From an uncultured delta proteobacterium (GTDB lineage Bacteria; Myxococcota_A; Polyangia; Haliangiales; Haliangiaceae): a stretch of DNA of 64,000 nt. Shown piece after piece: positions 1 through 9,788 of the stretch. The position numbers and the translations under genes were made by a program. The notes under the pieces are model-generated. The model ran no database searches and had not been told where the DNA came from. It was given only the letters and a program-made list of their open reading frames with translations. Every line of letters starts with the position of its first letter. The stretch's first letter is position 1. The stretch is taken from the NCBI GenBank assembly GCA_963848295.1, contig CAWKDB010000010.1, forward strand, positions 160,001-224,000, written 5' to 3'.

Positions 1-1465
1 ACGTCACGAGCGCGGCGGCGCCGACCTTCTCGAGCGCGGCCTTGTGCTTGTCGAGCTCCGCCGCGGTCATCGCACCATCCTCGAACCCGGCGATCGCGAC
101 GACCGGCGCGGCCTCGGCTTTCGGCGCGAGCCGCTCGAGCGCGTTGCGGACCGCCTCGCGCGTGCGCGCATCGCCGCCGGTGCGCGCGCCGTGCAGCACG
201 GCGAGCCCGGCACCGACCTTGCCACCGAGCAGCCCGAGGCCGACCGCGGCGTTGACTTGGACGTTGACCGCCGGGCTGCCGAACGCTTCGACCAGGATCG
301 CCGAGGCGCGCGGCAGCTTCGCGATCAGCTCGGCGACCCGACGGCCGTGCGCCGGCTCGCCCGCTTCGAGCCCTTTGACGAGCGCCGGTTGCGCCGCGTC
401 GCCGAAGCCCGCGAGCACGTCTTGCGCCGCCTCGGCGACGTCATCCTCGGCGTCGCCGAGCGCACCGACTAGATCGGCGGCCGCCGCGAGCCCGTCGGGC
501 CCGAGCTTGCCAATCGCGACCGCAGCTTCACGCCGGACCGCGGGCGCGCTGTCGCGCATGAGCAAGCCGATCGCCGGTGCCGCGCGCCCGGCCTTCGCGC
601 CCTTGACCGCGAGGCCGCGCGCCGCGTTGATCCGCACGTGGTTGCGACCGTCGCTCAGCGCGTAGATCATCTCGTCGACATCGATCGCCGCCTCTTGCTC
701 GGCGAGCTCGCTCGTCGATAGCTTGCGCGCTTCGAAGTCCGGCAGCTTCGGCAGATGATCGACCGCGACTTGCTTGTCGCGCGCGATCACCGCGAGCGAC
801 GCCTGCTTCGCCGCGCCGCGCACGTCGGGCACTGGATCGTTCGCTTCGATCTCGCCGAGCACCGCGAGCGCCGCCGCCGCGTCGGCCTTGCCGAACCGCT
901 CGAGCCCGCCGATGCCGTTGACGCGGATCCGCGTGCGCTCGCTGCGCGCCGCCTTGATCAGCACGCCGACGCCGCGCGCGCCAAGCCGACCGCACGCCGC
1001 GATGATCGTCTTGTGCGCGACGTCGAACGGCTGATCGAGCGCCGCGATCAGCTCGTCATCGCAACTGCCGACGAGGTCGGCGAGCGCGGCGACGATCGCA
1101 TCGGTGACCTCGGGCTGCGCACCCGCGGCCGCTTGCGCGAGCGGAGCCAGCACCGCGCGCACGCGCGCGCCGAGGCGCTTGATCGCGTCGGCGGCGGCGA
1201 GCGCGACCGATGGCTCGCTGTCGCGCACGAGCGCGACGAGCTCGGGCTCGGCCTTGCCGCACGCGGCGAGCGCGAGCGCAGCGTTCGCCCGCACGAGCGC
1301 GCGGCCATCGCGCAATTCTCCGACGAGCTGGCGCGCCCACGCGTCCGCATCGCGACCGGCCGCGAGCTGCTCGAGCTCGGTGAAGGTCAGCCGGCGCTCG
1401 TCGAGCACCGCCGGTTTCGAGTCGCCGGGGGATTTCGTTTTCGGTTTTGATGGTTCGTCGGGCAC
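1..1465 (-). CDS. HEAT/PBS-lyase repeat protein (3' end runs off window)
   Basis: Not in ORF track because it is open to the edge. From GTG 1465: VPDEPSKPK...LRDGRALVRANAALALAACG...LVRDSEPSVALAAADAIKRLG, i.e. repeated L-x-D-x4-VR-x2-AA-x-AL HEAT units. Confidence 0.75.
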   Translation of the reverse strand, partial: MPDEPSKPKTKSPGDSKPAVLDERRLTFTELEQLAAGRDADAWARQLVGELRDGRALVRANAALALAACGKAEPELVALVRDSEPSVALAAADAIKRLGARVRAVLAPLAQAAAGAQPEVTDAIVAALADLVGSCDDELIAALDQPFDVAHKTIIAACGRLGARGVGVLIKAARSERTRIRVNGIGGLERFGKADAAAALAVLGEIEANDPVPDVRGAAKQASLAVIARDKQVAVDHLPKLPDFEARKLSTSELAEQEAAIDVDEMIYALSDGRNHVRINAARGLAVKGAKAGRAAPAIGLLMRDSAPAVRREAAVAIGKLGPDGLAAAADLVGALGDAEDDVAEAAQDVLAGFGDAAQPALVKGLEAGEPAHGRRVAELIAKLPRASAILVEAFGSPAVNVQVNAAVGLGLLGGKVGAGLAVLHGARTGGDARTREAVRNALERLAPKAEAAPVVAIAGFEDGAMTAAELDKHKAALEKVGAAALVT

Positions 1466-1554
1466 GTCGCCGCGTATCACAACACATCCGCTGCTCTCGC
1501 TGGCGGCTTGGTGATCACGAAGCAACTGCTGTGTCGATCGGTTGTCTCGGCCGT

Positions 1555-3006
1555 ATGTGTCACCACCATCGTCGTTCCGTCATCTCGATCTGGTTTCTCG
1601 TCGCTGCGGCAGGCTGTCCCGATCGAACGATCGCGAAGCTCGACCCGCAGCAGCAAGGCGAGGTGACCAAGCGAATCCCCGTCTCGGCCAACATCGATCT
1701 GCTGTTCGTGATCGACAACTCGGCGTCGACCCAGGACAAGCAGACGGTGTTCGCGCAGAACTTCACGAGCTTCGTCTCGAAGCTGCAGGGCTTCCCCGGC
1801 GGACTGCCGAACCTCCACATGGGCGTCGTGTCGTCGACGGTGAAGATCGGCAGCCAGGACGTCACCGACTTTACGAACCCGTGCGTCAACGCGCCGGGCG
1901 ACGACGGCCTGTTGCACGTCACGCCGAACGGCAGCTGCACCGCGCCGAGCGACGCCGCGAACGATCGCTTCATCGTCGATGTCGCCGCGAGCGGCGGCAC
2001 GCGCACGACGAACTACGATCCGGCGCAAGGTCTCGCCGCGACGTTCGCGTGCATCGCGCAGATCGGCAGCGAGGGCTGCGGCTTCGAGGCGCCGCTCGAG
2101 GGCATGAAGCGCGCGCTCGACGGCACGAACCCGGGCAACGCCGGGTTCATTCGCGACGACGCGTTCCTCGCGGTGATCATCCTCACCGACGAAGACGACG
2201 CCTCGGTCGCCGATCCGTCGGTGTTCGCGTTGCCGACCTCGCAGGTCGGGACCGAAGACTTCCGGCTCCAGCCGCTCTACGCCTATCAGTGCGACCAACC
2301 GATCACGGCGGCGCCGCCGGGCGCTAACTACACCGACTGCGTGCCGGTCGTCGGCTCGTACTTGCAGGACACCGCGTACTACACGTCGTTCCTCGCGAGC
2401 ATCAAGGATCCGTCGCAGCTCGTCGTCGCGCTGATCGCCGGCGGCCAACAAGATGGATCGCCGCCGTCGTCCTCGATCGCGACCGGCCCGCTGATGATCG
2501 GCACCGCCTCGCAGCCGATGGCGCTGCAGCCGTCGTGCAATGCGATGATCAACGGCGAGAACGCGATCGCGCGACCGGCGATCCGGCTGTTCGACTTCGT
2601 GTCGCAGTTCTCCGATCACGGGCTGTATCAAACGATCTGCACCGGCGACTACACGCCCGCGCTCACCGCGATCGGCGATCTGTTGGCGACCGCGATCAGC
2701 CCGTGCCTCGAGGGCGCGATCGACACCACCGACGGCGATCCGAACAATCCCGGCACGCAGCTGCAATGCACGGTGTCCGAGGTCGCCGGCGATGGCAGCG
2801 AGACCGTGCTCGCTCCATGCGCGATGCAAGATGCGATGACGCCGGCGGCCGGAACCGCGACGCCGTGCTGGTACGTCGTCGAGGACGACGCGCAGTGCTC
2901 GTCGACGCAGTCGCACCTGACGCTGAAGACCGATCCGGAACAGATGACGCTGCCGCCCGATAGCTCGACGGTCGTCAGCTGCGCCACCCTGCCCCAAGGT
3001 TCGTGA
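1555..3006 (+). CDS. vWA (MIDAS) domain Cys-rich lipoprotein, paralog 1
   Basis: Lipobox AAGC; IDLLFVIDNSAS (DxSxS MIDAS); GCGFEAPLE; IILTDEDD; Cys-rich C-terminus. Confidence 0.8.
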   Translation: MCHHHRRSVISIWFLVAAAGCPDRTIAKLDPQQQGEVTKRIPVSANIDLLFVIDNSASTQDKQTVFAQNFTSFVSKLQGFPGGLPNLHMGVVSSTVKIGSQDVTDFTNPCVNAPGDDGLLHVTPNGSCTAPSDAANDRFIVDVAASGGTRTTNYDPAQGLAATFACIAQIGSEGCGFEAPLEGMKRALDGTNPGNAGFIRDDAFLAVIILTDEDDASVADPSVFALPTSQVGTEDFRLQPLYAYQCDQPITAAPPGANYTDCVPVVGSYLQDTAYYTSFLASIKDPSQLVVALIAGGQQDGSPPSSSIATGPLMIGTASQPMALQPSCNAMINGENAIARPAIRLFDFVSQFSDHGLYQTICTGDYTPALTAIGDLLATAISPCLEGAIDTTDGDPNNPGTQLQCTVSEVAGDGSETVLAPCAMQDAMTPAAGTATPCWYVVEDDAQCSSTQSHLTLKTDPEQMTLPPDSSTVVSCATLPQGS

Positions 3007-3122
3007 TCCCGCGGGGATCCGCACAGTTGCGCAGCCAACCCGGCCGAGAAATCGCCAACGAAGTTGGCGGCTTGACGCGGTACGATGGAAACCAAGCATT
3101 TGAAACTGCTGCGCCTTCAAAT

Positions 3123-3138
3123 TGGCGGGCTACTTGCT
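3123..3138 (+). promoter_or_regulatory. sigma-54-type -24/-12 promoter
   Basis: TGGCGGGCTACTTGCT: GG 3124-3125, 10-nt spacer, TTGC(T) with GC 3136-3137; 30 nt upstream of ATG 3168. Confidence 0.5.
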
Positions 3139-3167
3139 CTATGCTGCGCCAGTCCTTGGGAGGTTCT

Positions 3168-4631
3168 ATGCGTAACGTCTTGGCCACACTGACCACCTCG
3201 GTCGCGCTGCTCGCCACGCTGGCGGGTTGTCCGGACCGCACCATCTCCAAGCTCGACCCGCAGCAGCAGGGCGAGGTGACCAAGCACATCCCGGTGTCGA
3301 CCGACATCGACATCTTGTTCGTGATCGACAACTCGGCGTCGACCCAGGACAAGCAGACCGCGTTCCTCGCGAACTTCGCGAACTTCGTGACCGCGCTCGA
3401 TGCGTTCCCGACCGGCCGCCCGAACATCCACATGGGCGTCGTCTCGTCGTCGGTCAAGATCGGTAGCCAGGACACCGCGTCGTACGGGTCCGCCTGTGTC
3501 ACCGCCTCGGGCGACAACGGCCTGCTTCACAACACCGCGGGCGGCGTGCCCGCCGGTTGTACCGCGCCGAACGGCCGGTTCATCTCGGACATCGCGCAGC
3601 CCGACGGCACGCGCCAGACCAACTACACCGGCACGTTGCAAGACACGTTCGGCTGCATCGCCAACATCGGGACCGGCGGCTGCGGCTTCGAAGCGCCGCT
3701 CGAGGGCATGAAGCGCGCGCTCGACGGCACGAACCCGGAGAACACCGGCTTCCTGCGCGACGGCGCGTTCCTCGCGATCATCATCCTCACCGATGAAGAC
3801 GACGCCTCGGTCAAGGACCCGTCGGTGTTCGATCTGCCGACGTCGCAGGTCGGCGCCGGCGACTTCCGGGTGCAGCCGCTCTATGCCTACGGTTGCGACA
3901 CCGCGATCACGGTCGGAACGGGCACGTACAACGACTGCAAGCCGCTCACCGGCGCGGCCGATCTCTACCTGCAAGACACCGACTTCTATACATCGTTCCT
4001 GTCGGGCGTGAAGGATCCGTCACAGCTCGTCGTCGCGTTGATCGCGGGTGGCCAGCAAGACGGCTCGCCGCCGAGCTCGACGATCATGACCGGCCCGCTG
4101 ACGATCGGCGCGAACGTCCAGAACCCCGCGCTCGAGCCGTCGTGCAACGCGACGATCAACGGCAACATGGCGATCGCGCGCCCGGCGATCCGGCTCTACG
4201 ACTTCCTTACCCAGTTCGGCGACCACGGCCTGTACCAGACGGTGTGCACCGGCGACTACTCGCCCGCGCTCACCGCGATCGGCCAGCTGCTGTTCAAGAC
4301 GGTCAGCCCGTGCCTCGAGGGCGACATCGACACGACCGACGGCGATCCGAACAACCCCGGCACCCAGCTGCAGTGCTCGGTGTCCGAAGTTCAGAACGAC
4401 GGCACACCGCAGGCGACCGAGCAGCTGCTGCCGGCGTGCACGATGCAGGACGCGATGACGCCGTCGCCGACGAGCGTGCAGCCGTGCTGGTACGTCGTGA
4501 CCGACGCGACGGGCTGCGCGACGACGCCGAGCCACCTGACGTTGAAGACGCTGCCGGCGATGATGGATCTGCCGGCCGGGACGTCGACCGACATCAGCTG
4601 CGCGACCACGCCGCAGGGCGGCTCGAACTAA
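3168..4631 (+). CDS. vWA (MIDAS) domain Cys-rich lipoprotein, paralog 2
   Basis: GGAGG RBS at 3159-3163; lipobox LAGC; DILFVIDNSAS; IILTDEDD; long stretches near-identical to paralog 1. Confidence 0.85.
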   Translation: MRNVLATLTTSVALLATLAGCPDRTISKLDPQQQGEVTKHIPVSTDIDILFVIDNSASTQDKQTAFLANFANFVTALDAFPTGRPNIHMGVVSSSVKIGSQDTASYGSACVTASGDNGLLHNTAGGVPAGCTAPNGRFISDIAQPDGTRQTNYTGTLQDTFGCIANIGTGGCGFEAPLEGMKRALDGTNPENTGFLRDGAFLAIIILTDEDDASVKDPSVFDLPTSQVGAGDFRVQPLYAYGCDTAITVGTGTYNDCKPLTGAADLYLQDTDFYTSFLSGVKDPSQLVVALIAGGQQDGSPPSSTIMTGPLTIGANVQNPALEPSCNATINGNMAIARPAIRLYDFLTQFGDHGLYQTVCTGDYSPALTAIGQLLFKTVSPCLEGDIDTTDGDPNNPGTQLQCSVSEVQNDGTPQATEQLLPACTMQDAMTPSPTSVQPCWYVVTDATGCATTPSHLTLKTLPAMMDLPAGTSTDISCATTPQGGSN

Positions 4632-4666
4632 CACAAGGCCGGCAGCGAGCCGGCGCGGGAGGCGGG

Positions 4667-6040
4667 ATGCGAACGAGCTCGGTGTTCGCTGGAGTCATCG
4701 CGGTTGCAGCCTGCGGATCTCCGACGGTCGGAGGGTTCTCCGGCGGCCAGGTCGAGCAGGCGTTTCCGCTCGCGCCCGACCTCGATCTGCTGTTCGTGAT
4801 CGACAACTCGGCGTCGACCCAGGACGAGCAGACCGCGCTCCTCGCGAGCTTCTCGAGCTTCGTGACCGCGCTCGATGCGTTCCCGAGCGGCCAACCGAAC
4901 CTCCACCTCGGCGTCGTGTCGTCGACCGTGAAGATCGGCGGCCAAGACGTCGCGTCGTACGGCGCCGCGTGCGTCGAGGCGGTCGGCGACAATGGCCTGC
5001 TCCACAACACCGCCGGGGGAGTGCCCGCAGGTTGCACCGCGCCGAACGGCCGGTTCATCTCCGACACCGCGCTGCCCGACGGCACGCGACAAACCAACTA
5101 CACCGGCAGGCTCGCCGACACGTTCTCGTGCATCGCCGATCTCGGCGACGGCGGCTGCGCGTTCGCGTCGCCGCTCGAAGGCATGAAGCGCGCGCTCGAT
5201 GGCTCGAACCCGGAGAACACGGGCTTCGTGCGCGACAACGCGGTGCTCGGCGTCGTGTTCCTGGCGCCCGACGACGACGGCTCGATCCTCGACCCGTCGT
5301 TCCTGGATCCGCCGCAACCCGGCGGCAGCTTCGTCGACGTACCGCTCGCCGCGTACACGTGCGATCAGCCGATCTCGTCGACCACGCCGGGCTCGTACAA
5401 CGATTGCGCGCCGACGACCGGCGGCTACCTCCAAGACACGGCGTTCTACGCGTCGTTCTTGACGTCGCTCAAGGATCCGTCGCTGCTCCGCGTCGCGGTG
5501 ATCGGCGGTGGCGCGCAGGATGGAGGGCCGCCGAGCTCGACGATCACGACCGAAGCGCCGGCGCAGACGCTCGCCCTGCAGCCGAGCTGCACCGCGACGA
5601 TCAACGGCAACATGACTGGCGCCGATCCGGCGATCCGGCTCTACGACTTCATGTCTCAGCTCGGCGGCCACGGCTCGTGGCAGACGATCTGCACCGGCGA
5701 CTACACGCCCGCGCTCACCGCGATCGCGAGCTCGCTGACCAGCGCGCTCAGCTCCTGCCTCGACGATCACATCGATCCCACCGACGCCGATCCGAACAAT
5801 CCGGGCGCGCAGCTACAGTGCGACGCAGAGCTCTCGACCGTCGATACGACCGGGCCGCTGCCCGCGTGCACGATGCAAGACGCATCGACGCCGGCGAGCG
5901 ATACCGCGACGCCCTGCTACTACTTCGTCGCCGATGCCGCCGCGTGTCCAACCGCGCCGTCGAACCTGCGCCTCGTGATCGACGGCTCGCTCGATCCGAA
6001 TGCGGGGCTGACGCTGACGTGCGCGATGTCCGAGTCGTAG
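4667..6040 (+). CDS. vWA (MIDAS) domain Cys-rich lipoprotein, paralog 3
   Basis: GGGAGG upstream; lipobox VAAC; DLLFVIDNSAS; acidic motif diverged to FLAPDDD. Confidence 0.8.
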   Translation: MRTSSVFAGVIAVAACGSPTVGGFSGGQVEQAFPLAPDLDLLFVIDNSASTQDEQTALLASFSSFVTALDAFPSGQPNLHLGVVSSTVKIGGQDVASYGAACVEAVGDNGLLHNTAGGVPAGCTAPNGRFISDTALPDGTRQTNYTGRLADTFSCIADLGDGGCAFASPLEGMKRALDGSNPENTGFVRDNAVLGVVFLAPDDDGSILDPSFLDPPQPGGSFVDVPLAAYTCDQPISSTTPGSYNDCAPTTGGYLQDTAFYASFLTSLKDPSLLRVAVIGGGAQDGGPPSSTITTEAPAQTLALQPSCTATINGNMTGADPAIRLYDFMSQLGGHGSWQTICTGDYTPALTAIASSLTSALSSCLDDHIDPTDADPNNPGAQLQCDAELSTVDTTGPLPACTMQDASTPASDTATPCYYFVADAAACPTAPSNLRLVIDGSLDPNAGLTLTCAMSES

Positions 6041-6748
6041 CTAGCGAAACCGCGAGTACTCGACCGCGGTGCGCAGCACGCCCAAGCCGTAGGTCACGCT
6101 ACGGCGAAAGCTGATCGACGACGCCTCGTCGAAGTAGCGGGTCGGGCACGACAGCTCGCCGACGCGAAAGCCCGCCTTGATCGCGGCGCACAGCATCTGG
6201 TTGTCGAACACGAAGTCGTCGGAGAACGAGTCGAGCGGCAGGCCCTCGAGCACGCGGCGTGTGAACGCGCGATAGCCGGTGTGGTACTCGGACAGCTTCT
6301 GGCCCATCAAGAAGTTCTGGACCGCGGTCAGCCCGCGATTCGCGACGTACTTGTACAGCGGCATGCCGCCCGCGACCGCGCTCTGGCCGAGGATGCGCGA
6401 GCCGAGCGCGAGATCGTAGTGCCCCGAGACCAGCATCGACGCCATCGCGCCGACGAGCCGCGGCGAGTACTGGTAGTCGGGGTGCAGCATCACGACGATG
6501 TCGGCGCCGAGCGCGAGCGCTTCGCGGTAGCACGTCTTCTGGTTGCCGCCGTAACCGCGGTTCTGCGGATGGACGAACGTGCGCAGCCCGAGCCGCTCGC
6601 CGACCGCGACCGTGTCGTCGACGCTGGCGTCGTCGACCAGGATGATGTCGTCGACGATGTCGCGCGGGATCTCCGCGACGGTTCGTTCGAGCGTCTTGCC
6701 CGCGTGGTACGCGGGGAGCACGACGACGAGGCGGGATCCTTCGATCAC
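6041..6748 (-). CDS. GT2 glycosyltransferase (polyprenol-phosphate glycosyl synthase-like)
   Basis: [40 protein letters not shown] motifs. Confidence 0.88.
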   Translation of the reverse strand: MIEGSRLVVVLPAYHAGKTLERTVAEIPRDIVDDIILVDDASVDDTVAVGERLGLRTFVHPQNRGYGGNQKTCYREALALGADIVVMLHPDYQYSPRLVGAMASMLVSGHYDLALGSRILGQSAVAGGMPLYKYVANRGLTAVQNFLMGQKLSEYHTGYRAFTRRVLEGLPLDSFSDDFVFDNQMLCAAIKAGFRVGELSCPTRYFDEASSISFRRSVTYGLGVLRTAVEYSRFR

Positions 6749-8310
6749 GGCGCGACTCTACGGTAAATGACCGCACCTTGTACAACGGCGACGCGCTGGT
6801 AGCGCTCGGCGACGAAGTCTGCCAGCTGGGGATATCTGGACAGCGGGTAGCGCCTCCAGTGGTGAAGGTCGCCCGGCGCGGTGTCGACGATCAAGGCCGG
6901 GCGATACTCACGCAGATCGGCGAGCAGCGTCGTGAATCCGCCGGGGACGCCGAGCTTGTCCTCGATCGCCGCCGGCAGATCCTGAGCGAGCCCGATCGCG
7001 GCATAACCGGTGAGGTAGTGACAACCGACGAACCGGGTCGCGGCGAGCCGATCGGCGGCGACGTAGATCAGCGGGTAATAGCCCCACACGAACACGCGAT
7101 CGGTCGGCTCGGTGTGAGCGTCGATGTAGGCGGCGATCTCGTCGTACGGTTTTCGGTCGTCGCCGAGCCAGCGCATCGTGGTCGCGAACTGCCAGGCGCC
7201 GAGCCAGCACACCACGACCGGGACGATCGCGCCGATCGCGAGGCCGCGCCGCCAGCGCACCCGATCGCGCACCGACCAAGCGCCGATCGCAGCGAGCGTC
7301 GCGAGCGGCGTCACCGGCGCGGGAAAGTAATGATCGAAGAACCGGCCGCCGAGGAACGTCATCGCGGTCGCGGCGGCGGTCCACGCGACGAGCAGCCACA
7401 CGACCTGCGCGCCGGGCTCGCGCCGCACGCGCGCATCGCGGATCGCGAACGCCGCGGCGATCCACAGCGCGGTGGTCAGCGCGACCCACACGACGAAGCC
7501 GGCGAGAAACCGAGTCAGCCACGGCGAGTGCGACGAGCCGGTCGGGATGTACGTGCCGAGCGTCCAGCGAAACGCCCAGTAGATCAGGTCGTCCCACACG
7601 CCGAGGTGCGAGAAGTACGCGGCGGCCGCGAGCCACGCGAGCGCGAACCCGAGCCAGATCAGCGCGGCGCGCGTGACATCGCGCCGCCACGGATCGGGCC
7701 CGCCGAACAGCTTGCGGCGCACCACGAGCCAGCCCGCCGCCGCGACCGGCAGCGACACCGCGGTCGGCTTGATCAGCGTCCCGGCCCCGCACAACACGCC
7801 GGCGGCGACGAGCGCGAGCACGCCGCGCCATCCCCGCGCTTCGAGCCCGCGCAGGATCAAGTACGCCGCGCCGGCGAGCGGCAGCGAGAACATCAGCTCG
7901 CATTGGGTCGCGAGCACCGCCGGTTCTTGCACGATCGTGAACCCGGCGTAGAGCAGCGACGCGAGCACGCCAACGTCGAACGCCCGGCCCTTGTCGCGCT
8001 TGATCGCGCGCCGCGCGATCGCGCCGACGAGCAGCGCCGTGCCGAGCACCCACAGCATGGTCAGCGCATGCAACGCGCGCATGTCGTAGCGGCCGACGAG
8101 CGCGAACCCCGCCTCGTAGATGTAGAAGATGCCGGGCGGCTTGCTCTCGACGCCAGCGCGATACGGCGGCTCGCCGGTCGCCATCGCCGCGGCGGTCGTC
8201 GCGTACAGCGCCTCATCCTCGTTGAGGATGTCGACCCGCAGGCTCGGCGCGCGGATCACCGCGATCGCGGCGATCACGATCGCGAGGGCGATGGCAGCCG
8301 GGCGGGTCAC
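6745..8310 (-). CDS. GT-C fold membrane glycosyltransferase (ArnT/GT39-like)
   Basis: N-terminal TM followed by NEDEALY...ESKPPG; many TM helices; FFDHYF; stop overlaps GT2 start. Confidence 0.75.
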   Translation of the reverse strand: MTRPAAIALAIVIAAIAVIRAPSLRVDILNEDEALYATTAAAMATGEPPYRAGVESKPPGIFYIYEAGFALVGRYDMRALHALTMLWVLGTALLVGAIARRAIKRDKGRAFDVGVLASLLYAGFTIVQEPAVLATQCELMFSLPLAGAAYLILRGLEARGWRGVLALVAAGVLCGAGTLIKPTAVSLPVAAAGWLVVRRKLFGGPDPWRRDVTRAALIWLGFALAWLAAAAYFSHLGVWDDLIYWAFRWTLGTYIPTGSSHSPWLTRFLAGFVVWVALTTALWIAAAFAIRDARVRREPGAQVVWLLVAWTAAATAMTFLGGRFFDHYFPAPVTPLATLAAIGAWSVRDRVRWRRGLAIGAIVPVVVCWLGAWQFATTMRWLGDDRKPYDEIAAYIDAHTEPTDRVFVWGYYPLIYVAADRLAATRFVGCHYLTGYAAIGLAQDLPAAIEDKLGVPGGFTTLLADLREYRPALIVDTAPGDLHHWRRYPLSRYPQLADFVAERYQRVAVVQGAVIYRRVAP

Positions 8311-8339
8311 CGCCGAGCGCTGTAACACGAGTTGCCGCG

Positions 8340-9725
8340 CTAGGCGCGCCGGCGACGCCGGTACGCGAGCCCGAGGCCGAGCACGAGCGGCAACAGCCCG
8401 CCCGCGTGATTGCTCGCCGCACAACCGCCGGTCACTTCTTGCGGTCCGGTCGCGCTGCCGCCACCACTCGGTGCACCGCCGCCGCCGACGCCGGCATCGG
8501 CCATCCCGACCACCGCCTCGGGAATCAACAGCTGTGCGTTCGGCGTGCCGTAGCCGGTCGGGCCGTCCCAGCCGACCCCGGCGGTGCACAGGATGTTGCC
8601 GCACGTGCCGTTGGATCCCGACACCACGTCGTTGAGCAGCGCGGCGTGTTGCCGGACGAAGTCGCCCGAGGTCTGCGCGCCGTTGCCGGTCGCCGCGAAG
8701 ATCGCCGCGACGATCGGGGCCGCGACGCTCGTGCCGCCGACCGAGCCGAACTTGCCGGCGTTGTAGTAGACGACCCCGGTCTGCGGATCGCCGACCGCGG
8801 CGAGATCGGTGGTCGCCTTGAACGCGCACGTCGGATCGGTCTGGTACGCCGGCTTCGGGATCGACAAGCTGCAACCGCTGCCGCCCGAGCTCCACGCGGT
8901 CTCGGTCCAGCCGCGCGCGCTGGCGTCGGCGACGAGGTGCGTGCCACCCACCGAGATCACGTGCGCCGACGTGGCGGGATAGTACGGGCCGGCGCCGCCG
9001 TCGTCGTAGCCGGTGTCGCCGCCCGCCGCGAACACCGCGATGCCCGGTTGATCGAAGTAGCTCTCCAGCGTGAGCGCATCGTTGCCGGACTCGGAGCCGC
9101 CCCAGCTGTCGTTGATCACGGTCGCGCCGAGCGACGCCGCGATCGCTTGTGACGTGTAGAGCCCGTCGCTCGTGTCGTCGTTCGCCTGGACGACGATGAT
9201 CTTGCACGACGGACACACCGCGCTGACCATGTCGATGTCGAGCGCGGTCTCGATCGTCCAGTCGTCGGTCGGCGGCGGCGGCCCGGGCAACGGCGACGTC
9301 GCGCCGGTCTGGTTGACGATCTGCAAGCAGCCGTTCGCGGTCGTGCACGCGGGCAAGCCGTACTGCGTGCGATACACCGCGAGATCCGCCTCGAGCGCCG
9401 CGTAACCGTAGGCGTCGACCACCGCGACCTTCGCGGCCGGGATATCGGTCGTCGGAACGTTGTAGGCTTTGCGCAGATCCTCCGCGCCAAACGCGGTCGC
9501 TGCGGCCGGGCCGACCTCGCCGGCTGGAGTCGCTGGCACATGCGCCAGACACCGGAACCGACCGCCCGAGCACACCGCGCCGGTCTGGAGCTCGCCCGGC
9601 CGGACCGGATCGAGCCTGACCCGCGTCGCGCTCGCCGGGTTTGCACCGGCTGAGGTGGCGAGCCCCAGCGACAACCCCAGCGCACACGGTGCGATGCGGC
9701 CCAAGTAGGCGATCCGACTGAACAC
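8340..9725 (-). CDS. S53 (sedolisin/kumamolisin-like) serine peptidase with MYXO-CTERM-like anchor
   Basis: Signal peptide; ETALDID, AAGGDTG, GGTSVAAP catalytic motifs; GWDGPTGYGTP; C-terminal GGCAAS-TM-RRRRR. Start set from TACAGT -10 box 7 nt before GTG 9725. Confidence 0.85.
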   Translation of the reverse strand: MFSRIAYLGRIAPCALGLSLGLATSAGANPASATRVRLDPVRPGELQTGAVCSGGRFRCLAHVPATPAGEVGPAAATAFGAEDLRKAYNVPTTDIPAAKVAVVDAYGYAALEADLAVYRTQYGLPACTTANGCLQIVNQTGATSPLPGPPPPTDDWTIETALDIDMVSAVCPSCKIIVVQANDDTSDGLYTSQAIAASLGATVINDSWGGSESGNDALTLESYFDQPGIAVFAAGGDTGYDDGGAGPYYPATSAHVISVGGTHLVADASARGWTETAWSSGGSGCSLSIPKPAYQTDPTCAFKATTDLAAVGDPQTGVVYYNAGKFGSVGGTSVAAPIVAAIFAATGNGAQTSGDFVRQHAALLNDVVSGSNGTCGNILCTAGVGWDGPTGYGTPNAQLLIPEAVVGMADAGVGGGGAPSGGGSATGPQEVTGGCAASNHAGGLLPLVLGLGLAYRRRRRA

Positions 9726-9788
9726 GTCGCGCACTGTAGCGATCACACTCCGAGATACGTGCCAGGTCGCTATTCAGCTCGGGCCTTG

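Noticed and set aside
6745..9687. 980-aa fusion ORF; likewise 43738-46515, 27153-29795, 58480-61110, 52912-54825
   Set aside because: N-terminal extensions are off-frame readings of neighbouring genes; real starts lie downstream.
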